Assembly (NCBI GenBank): GCA_964438315.1
Contig: CAYTKH010000002.1
Span: 1-41,681, forward strand
Direction: 5' to 3'
DNA: 41,681 nucleotides
Source: an uncultured Muribaculaceae bacterium
GTDB taxonomy: Bacteria; Bacillota_I; Bacilli_A; RF39; UBA660
Shown piece after piece: positions 10,422-15,877 of this stretch. The translations under genes and the position numbers were made by a program. The stretch's first letter is position 1. Every line of letters starts with the position of its first letter. The notes beneath the pieces were generated by a model. The model did not search any database and was not told the origin of the DNA. It saw only the letters and a list, made by a program, of their open reading frames with translations.

Positions 10422-10450
10422 ATTCTATCATATTTATATTCAAGATACAA
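10422..10450 (-). promoter_or_regulatory. Putative sigma-A promoter for the 10404 operon
   Basis: Minus strand reads TTGTAT, a 17-nt spacer, then TAGAAT, about 20 nt upstream of the SD GGAAGGTG and the ATG. Confidence 0.4.
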
Positions 10451-10481
10451 GATAAAAAGACTTATTTAAATATTCTTAGTT

Positions 10482-10518
10482 AAAAAAACAAACAAAAACT
10501 TACCATAGAAATGGTAAG
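10482..10518 (-). terminator. Rho-independent terminator (minus strand)
   Basis: Minus strand reads CTTACCAT-ttct-ATGGTAAG followed by tttttgtttgttttttt. Confidence 0.65.
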
Positions 10519-10685
10519 CTAATTTTTAATATATAGAGATAATCTCTATATATACTTATCTTTGAGTTTATTCTCAAGACTAAATAGTTACTGGGTTTTT
10601 GACTGTGACAGACTTATTTTAAGCACTATGTGCAACCACTTCATACGTAATCTTTATACGTAATCAGATTACTGTCAAAAACTGT
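10484..10685 (-). ncRNA. Candidate ~200-nt structured small RNA (unclassified)
   Basis: Bounded by a near-consensus promoter (10692-10720) and a strong intrinsic terminator (10482-10518). The interior is rich in helices: GTTTTTGAC...GTCAAAAAC long-range pairing, a GTAATCtGATTAC palindrome, a direct repeat GATTACGTA x2, and a 25-nt palindrome at 10529-10553. There is no plausible ORF. Confidence 0.4.
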
Positions 10686-10691
10686 AATTTA

Positions 10692-10720
10692 ATTATATAC
10701 CTTTTTTATGTGATAGTCAA
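10692..10720 (-). promoter_or_regulatory. Near-consensus sigma-A promoter (minus strand)
   Basis: Minus strand reads TTGACT, spacer atcacataaaaaaggta (17 nt), then TATAAT. Confidence 0.6.
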
Positions 10721-10724
10721 CATC

Positions 10725-10751
10725 AAAAAAGAAGAAATTTATTTTTTCTTC
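10725..10751 (-). terminator. Intrinsic terminator (minus strand) ending a decayed upstream unit
   Basis: Minus strand reads GAAGAAA-aaataaa-TTTCTTC followed by TTTTTT. Confidence 0.4.
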
Positions 10752-11275
10752 TAAAAAACTAAAACTATCTAAGATTAAAATATATTACTTATTCTATATA
10801 ATAAACTATAGAATCGATATAAGAAAATCTACTAAGATAATTTCTTTTTCTGTAGACAAACCAATCTTGCAAAATCGTTTTGCCTAGAATTTGCGGAACT
10901 AGCCTATGCTCTGCATAATCATAAATTTTTTTATGAACTAACTAGTATCTGCCATTAGAGTATATTTCTCTTCTTTAGTAACTATTCAATATATAGGCGG
11001 ATAAGTCAACACCTCATAATAACTTAATAAATATCGTAAATCAGTAACTTACACTGCCATTTAAAAGTTATTATGTTATATATTGCAATTTAATTGTAGT
11101 AAAAAAAGATGTAATTGTCAATACATATTAAAAAAAATCAAATATTTTCATGAACTTTTTTGTAAAATTAATGTATAAAATAAATAAAAAAGTAAAATAA
11201 AAAATTTTATCGTATGTTTTAAGTGATAAAGTATTTACCCCTAACCAAAAAATGAGAAGGTGAAATATAATAAAA

Positions 11276-11760
11276 ACAAAACTATTATTAGAAACAAAGG
11301 ATATAATCTTTAAATCACTACTACTAGATAATGTTGAAAGTAAAAAGGGACTATAAAAAATAAATCCATATTTGCATAGTGTTGCTAATTATGATAAAGA
11401 TAATCCACTGAATCCAATTAATAGAAAATGTGATTTGTTAAAAAAATTCTTATATTCTCACAGTGGATTTAATAGGAAGATTTACAAAATTATCTTAATC
11501 TATTTTGTTTTATAGTTAATAAGCCTTTTAATAAATTGAAAAAAGTAGATGTCCTATTAAATTTAGCACTTAAAACGAAAGTTACTCTAAAATATAGAGA
11601 TTTATTTGAAAAAAGTGAAACTAATACTGATTAGCAACACTATGCAAATATGGATTTTTAAAAAATAAATATAGTAAGTAACTTTAGAAACTTTGGATTA
11701 CCAATAGATATAATTGTTTCTAGTACAGGATTATCTATATAACAGATAGAGAAATTGTAA
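11276..11760 (+). pseudogene. Relic of the 3' end of an Rpn/YhgA-like (PD-(D/E)XK putative transposase) gene, split by the MITE and carrying in-frame stops
   Basis: The right fragment reads NIVSNFRNFGLPIDIIVSSTGLSI*QIEKL*, which resembles the typical ...GLSIEEIEKL C-terminus of that family as I remember it. The left fragment (TKLLLETKDIIFKSLLLDNVESKKGL*) falls in the same frame if the MITE and one copy of aaaaaataaa are removed. Confidence 0.3.
11362..11657 (+). mobile_element. 296-bp MITE-like internal-deletion derivative of an IS1595/ISXO2-type insertion sequence
   Basis: There are perfect 28-bp terminal inverted repeats: AAATCCATATTTGCATAGTGTTGCTAAT at 11362-11389 and its exact reverse complement at 11630-11657. 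The interior encodes only a frameshifted transposase C-terminus (DNPLNPINRKCDLLKKFLYSHSGFNRK / LQNYLNLFCFIVNKPFNKL...TNTD*). That pattern (N-x-I-x6-LK...G...LQxYLxxFxFxxN) matches DDE_Tnp_IS1595 ends. The stop codon lies inside the right repeat. Confidence 0.6.
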
Positions 11761-11918
11761 ATAGAATTTTAGTGAATTAAGAATATTAATAGTATTCTTT
11801 TATTAAAAAAATTCTTTTGCAACACATAAATACAAAAATCATATAGCATTCTATTTATTTTCGTGATAAACTATAATTAGTTTTATATAAACTTGCTATA
11901 GATAGAGGAGATGTGTTT

Positions 11919-12959
11919 ATGAAAAAGACAGTAGCAATTATATTTGGCGGTTGTTCAAGTGAATATGAAGTATCCCTTGTTTCAGCTACTTCAGTAATAA
12001 GAAACATAAATAGAGAAAAATATAATGTAATCATGATAGGAATAACAAAAAAAGGAGATTTTTATTTATATGATGGCGATATAGACAATATAGAAAAAGA
12101 TAAATGGTTTGATAGTAAGTCATGTAAAAAGATAACCATAAGTACAAATAGAAGTGACCATGGCATTATTATATTAGATACAAATGAGGTAATAAAATTA
12201 GATATTGTATTTCCTGTATTACATGGAAAAAATGGTGAAGATGGTAGATTACAAGGATTACTTGAACTTGCAGATATAAATTATGTGGGTTGTAATATGA
12301 TTTCATCAGCCATATGTATGGATAAATTCTTAGCTCATACATTAGTATCTTCGGGGGGTATAAAAGTACCAGAATCTTATCTATTTGATAAAAATGATAG
12401 TTACGAGGAAATAGATAGAAAAATATCCCATTTAAATTATCCAATATTTGTAAAACCATTAAAAGCAGGTTCATCATTCGGTGTTACAAAAGTGTTATCT
12501 AAAGATGATTTAAAAAGTGCAATTGATGAAGCATTTAGCTACGATAGTCAAATAATTATAGAAGAAAATATTTGTGGATTTGAAGTTGGCTGTGCTATAT
12601 TAGGTAATAAAGAGCTGATTGTAGGAGAAGTAGATGAGATAGAATTAAGTGATGGATTTTTTGATTATTTTGAAAAATACAACCTAAAAACTAGTAAAAT
12701 TCACTTACCTGCTAGAATCAGCATAGAAGAAAGAGAGAAAATTAAAAATACAGCTTTAAAAATATATAAAATATTAGGTTGTTCTGGTTTTGCTAGAGTA
12801 GATATGTTTTATACAAAAGATAAAAAAATAGTCTTTAATGAAGTAAATACTATACCAGGGTGTACATCACATTCAAGATATCCTAGTATGTTAAAAGAAA
12901 TTGGTATATCTTTTGAAGAAGTAATAGATAGATTAATTAACTTAGGAGAAAAAAGATGA
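11919..12959 (+). CDS. D-alanine--D-serine ligase-like enzyme, VanC/VanG/VanL type (Ddl family)
   Basis: MKKTVAIIFGGCSSEYEVSLVSA, FPVLHGKNGEDGRLQGLLEL, the omega-loop FFDYFEKYNL (compare VanC FFDFEEKYQL), and C-terminal EVNTIPGCTSHSRYPSMLKEIGISFEEVIDRLINLGE. The context (VanXY plus VanT) argues for D-Ser specificity. GAGGAG lies 8 nt before the ATG at 11919; the tracked GTG at 11913 is too close to the SD. Confidence 0.8.
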   Translation: MKKTVAIIFGGCSSEYEVSLVSATSVIRNINREKYNVIMIGITKKGDFYLYDGDIDNIEKDKWFDSKSCKKITISTNRSDHGIIILDTNEVIKLDIVFPVLHGKNGEDGRLQGLLELADINYVGCNMISSAICMDKFLAHTLVSSGGIKVPESYLFDKNDSYEEIDRKISHLNYPIFVKPLKAGSSFGVTKVLSKDDLKSAIDEAFSYDSQIIIEENICGFEVGCAILGNKELIVGEVDEIELSDGFFDYFEKYNLKTSKIHLPARISIEEREKIKNTALKIYKILGCSGFARVDMFYTKDKKIVFNEVNTIPGCTSHSRYPSMLKEIGISFEEVIDRLINLGEKR

Positions 12960-13669
12960 TAGAACTAAAAAAAGAGGACATACATAAAGGATATTTGGTC
13001 CTTATAAATCCAGATAACTTACTTAAAAGTGAAAACGTTAATATCGTTAGTTATAATAGTAAATTTAAAAATATTAAACTAGAAGAAGAGGCGAATTTAA
13101 AATTACACCTAGCATTAGATGAAATAAAATCAGAAAATAAAATTGTACCAGTAAGTGGATATCGTACATTAAAAGATCAAATAGATATCTATGAATCTTC
13201 ACTAAAAGAAAATGGTGAAGAATTTACTAAGAAGTTTGTAGCATTACCAAATGCCTCAGAACACCAAACAGGGCTTGCTATAGATTTAGCTCTTAACGAT
13301 GGAGATATAGACTTTATATGTCCTAGTTTTCCATATAGTGGTATATGTGAACAATTTAGAACAGTGGCATTTAAATATGGTTTTATTGAAAGATACAAAG
13401 ACAAAAAAAAACATATTACTAAAATATCTAAAGAAGAGTGGCATTTTCGTTATGTAGGATATCCCCACTCTAAAATAATTAATGAAAAAGATTTTTGTCT
13501 AGAAGAATATATCGATTACCTAAAAAAATTTACATACCCAAATAATCCTTTAAAATACGAAGATTATAATATTTACTATCTACCATTTAAAGAATCTATA
13601 AAACTAGATAAAGATTATACAGTATCTGGTAACAATATAGATGGATTCATACTAACTATAGAGGATTAA
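12956..13669 (+). CDS. vanXY: D,D-dipeptidase/D,D-carboxypeptidase VanXY-like (VanY/M15 family)
   Basis: Zn-ligand motifs SEHQTGLAIDL (SxHxxGxAxD) and EEWHFRYVG (ExxH). ATGA overlap with the ligase stop. Confidence 0.8.
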   Translation: MIELKKEDIHKGYLVLINPDNLLKSENVNIVSYNSKFKNIKLEEEANLKLHLALDEIKSENKIVPVSGYRTLKDQIDIYESSLKENGEEFTKKFVALPNASEHQTGLAIDLALNDGDIDFICPSFPYSGICEQFRTVAFKYGFIERYKDKKKHITKISKEEWHFRYVGYPHSKIINEKDFCLEEYIDYLKKFTYPNNPLKYEDYNIYYLPFKESIKLDKDYTVSGNNIDGFILTIED

Positions 13670-13672
13670 TAT

Positions 13673-14644
13673 ATGAAAAAATTAAATATTGATATTATAA
13701 GATTTATAGTAGCATTTCTTGTCGTCGCAATTCATATTTCACCTTTCGAAAAAATTAACAGTAATTTTGACTTCTTCTTTACGAGGATACTAGGTAGGAT
13801 AGCGGTACCACTATTTTTAATGATAACAGGTTACTACATAATAGAAAAGGCATTGAAGGATATAAAATATCTAAAAAAATATACGATGAAAGTTATCAAA
13901 CTGTATTTACTTTGTATAATTTTATACATACCTATAAATATTTATATGGGTAAATTTTCTAATATTGATATAATAATACTATTAAAGGATATATTTATCG
14001 AAGGGACACTCTATCATCTATGGTATTTTCCAGCTTTAATATCAGGATTGTGGATTACTTACTTTTTAATTAAAAAACTTGGTAATAAAACACTTTACAT
14101 AGTTGTTATTTTATATGCTATGGGGTTACTAGGTGACAGCTATTACGGAGTTACTAAATCATTTAACCTACTTAATATTATTTATGACTATATATTTAAA
14201 ATTTTTAATTACACTAGAAACGGACTTTTCTTAGCACCTATATTCTTATATTTAGGGTATATAGTTAAAGGTAGTAAAAGTAAGAAATATGATATATATC
14301 TAAGTGTGTTACTATTTATCTGTATGACTATAGAAGGTTTTATTTTAAATAGCTTTTCATATCAAAAACATGACTCTATGTATATATTTTTAATTCCTTT
14401 TATGTATTTCATATTTAGATATTTGATGACAAGTAATTTACAGAATAAAAAATTTAGATTAATGTCACAAGTTGTATATATAATTCATCCATTATTTATA
14501 GTGGTAGTTAGATTTTTATCAGGCATTTTAAATCTTGATAAAGTATTTGTTTTGAACAATCTAATACTATATATTACGGTATGTTTAATGTCAGTAATCT
14601 TTAGTGTTATTGTATGTAAGGTAAAAGGAGTAGTGGAAAAGTGA
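13673..14644 (+). CDS. vanT: VanT membrane domain as a separate gene (acyltransferase_3-like, 10-TM; VanTm-like)
   Basis: IRFIVAFLVVAIHISPF, GRIAVPLFLMITGYYI, GTLYHLWYFPALISG, YTRNGLFLAPIFLYLG and QKHDSMYIFLIPF are collinear with the N-terminal membrane half of VanT as I remember it. Confidence 0.75.
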   Translation: MKKLNIDIIRFIVAFLVVAIHISPFEKINSNFDFFFTRILGRIAVPLFLMITGYYIIEKALKDIKYLKKYTMKVIKLYLLCIILYIPINIYMGKFSNIDIIILLKDIFIEGTLYHLWYFPALISGLWITYFLIKKLGNKTLYIVVILYAMGLLGDSYYGVTKSFNLLNIIYDYIFKIFNYTRNGLFLAPIFLYLGYIVKGSKSKKYDIYLSVLLFICMTIEGFILNSFSYQKHDSMYIFLIPFMYFIFRYLMTSNLQNKKFRLMSQVVYIIHPLFIVVVRFLSGILNLDKVFVLNNLILYITVCLMSVIFSVIVCKVKGVVEK

Positions 14645-15780
14645 ATATACTTGATAGGTCGTGGATTGAGATAAATTTAGATAATTTAGAACATAATATC
14701 AATGAAATTAAGAAGATAATTAGTGATAGAACGGATATTATGGCAGTAGTAAAAGCGAATGCTTATGGGCATGGTATGATTAAAATAGCAAAGAAATTAA
14801 ACAGTATTGGAATATATAATTTTGCTGTTGCAACTTTAGAAGAAGGTATTGACTTAAGAAAAAATAATATCAAAGGTGATATTTTAATATTAGGATATAC
14901 AGATTTCAGTAATTTAGAGTATGTTGTTAAATATGATCTGATTCAAACGATAGTTGATTATAACTATTCTTTGAAAATAAAAGAATTACCTTTAGATAAG
15001 ATAAAATGTCACATCAAAATTAATACAGGTATGAATCGTATTGGTGAAGCATACAACGATTTGGATAAATTGTTTAAAATATATGAAAATGACAAACTTG
15101 ATATATTGGGAACATATAGTCATTTATGTGTAGCAGATTCAAATAAGGAAGAAGATATATTATTTACTAATAAACAGATAGAAAGATTTGATGAATGTAT
15201 AAAAAAATTAAAAATAAATGGTTATAATCCTGGTAAAGTTCATATTCAAAGTAGTTATGGAACTTTAAATTATTCAAACTTGAACTATGATTTTGTAAGA
15301 ATTGGAATTCTTATGTATGGAGTAAATTCTTCTACTAGTTCATACCAATCAAGACATTTAAATATTAAACCGGTGTTATCTATTAAAGCTAGAATAACGA
15401 GTATAAAAAGGATAGATAAAGGTGAGGCAATCAGCTATGGAAGAACATTTATAGCAGATAATAAAATGAATTTAGCATCGATTGGTATAGGATATGCTGA
15501 TGGTATTCCTAGGTCACTTTCAAATAAAGATATGGTTGTTAAAGTTAAAGACGAATATAAAAAAGTGATAGGAAGAATATGTATGGACCAACTTGTTATC
15601 GATATAACAGGATTAAAAGATGTATGTATAGGTGATATAGTGACATTAATAGGTAATGATGATGAAATTAAAGCCGAAGTATTAGCTGATAAGATAAATA
15701 CTATTACTAATGAACTATTATGTAGATTAGGTAGTAGATTAAAAATTGTAGAAGTTATGAATAAATCAAAAAAATATTAA
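14641..15780 (+). CDS. vanT: PLP-dependent serine/alanine racemase, VanT racemase domain as a separate gene (VanTr-like)
   Basis: PLP-lysine motif MAVVKANAYGHG, HIQSSYGTLNYSNLNYDFVRIGILMYG, SIGIGYADGIPRSLSN, ICMDQLVIDIT and ITNELLCRLGSRL. The GTG start overlaps the upstream stop (GTGA). Confidence 0.85.
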   Translation: MNILDRSWIEINLDNLEHNINEIKKIISDRTDIMAVVKANAYGHGMIKIAKKLNSIGIYNFAVATLEEGIDLRKNNIKGDILILGYTDFSNLEYVVKYDLIQTIVDYNYSLKIKELPLDKIKCHIKINTGMNRIGEAYNDLDKLFKIYENDKLDILGTYSHLCVADSNKEEDILFTNKQIERFDECIKKLKINGYNPGKVHIQSSYGTLNYSNLNYDFVRIGILMYGVNSSTSSYQSRHLNIKPVLSIKARITSIKRIDKGEAISYGRTFIADNKMNLASIGIGYADGIPRSLSNKDMVVKVKDEYKKVIGRICMDQLVIDITGLKDVCIGDIVTLIGNDDEIKAEVLADKINTITNELLCRLGSRLKIVEVMNKSKKY

Positions 15781-15815
15781 ATTGCGAAAAAATGTCGCAA
15801 AATCGTGAAAAAGTG

Positions 15816-15844
15816 TTGACATTTAGGAAGTAAGGTGTTATTAT
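15816..15844 (+). promoter_or_regulatory. Consensus-like sigma-A promoter of the SipW/TasA-like operon
   Basis: TTGACA (15816-15821), a 17-nt spacer, then TATTAT (15839-15844). The -10 element abuts the tracked ATG at 15845. Confidence 0.6.
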
Positions 15845-15877
15845 ATGCCAAAATTAAGTTTACTTGGGGGTGTGAAT

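Noticed and set aside
10588-10644. 18-aa ORF (MKWLHIVLKISLSQSKTQ) inside the candidate sRNA, considered as a type I toxin
   Set aside because: It has no SD, the peptide is not hydrophobic enough for a membrane toxin, and there is no obvious antisense partner.
10484-10685. Assigning the candidate RNA to a known class (T-box, purine/TPP/SAM/FMN riboswitch, 6S, SRP, tmRNA, RNase P)
   Set aside because: None of the conserved cores I know is present (T-box GGTGGTACCGCG, TPP CTGAGA, purine junction and so on). It is left unclassified rather than guessed.
11083-11095. 13-nt identity ttgcaatttaatt shared with 29463-29475
   Set aside because: It is a short A/T-rich match of the kind expected by chance in a genome of this composition. 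Both instances simply look like -35 TTGCAA promoter contexts.
11355-11669. aaaaaataaa on both flanks of the MITE as its target-site duplication
   Set aside because: The left copy overlaps the inverted repeat, and the right copy is offset by a few T residues from the repeat end. In this A/T-rich context the match is not convincing without an empty-site comparison.
15782-15800. Hairpin TTGCGA-aaaaatg-TCGCAA as the terminator of the van-like operon
   Set aside because: It has only a 6-bp stem and no downstream U-tract on the plus strand. It may have some effect, but it is not a supportable intrinsic terminator call.
15845-15877. The tracked ATG at 15845 as the start of the Cys-rich protein
   Set aside because: The -10 hexamer TATTAT ends at 15844, so transcription should begin downstream of this ATG. 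There is also no SD before it. The GTG at 15878 (or 15872) follows GGGGGT at proper spacing and still yields a normal signal peptide.
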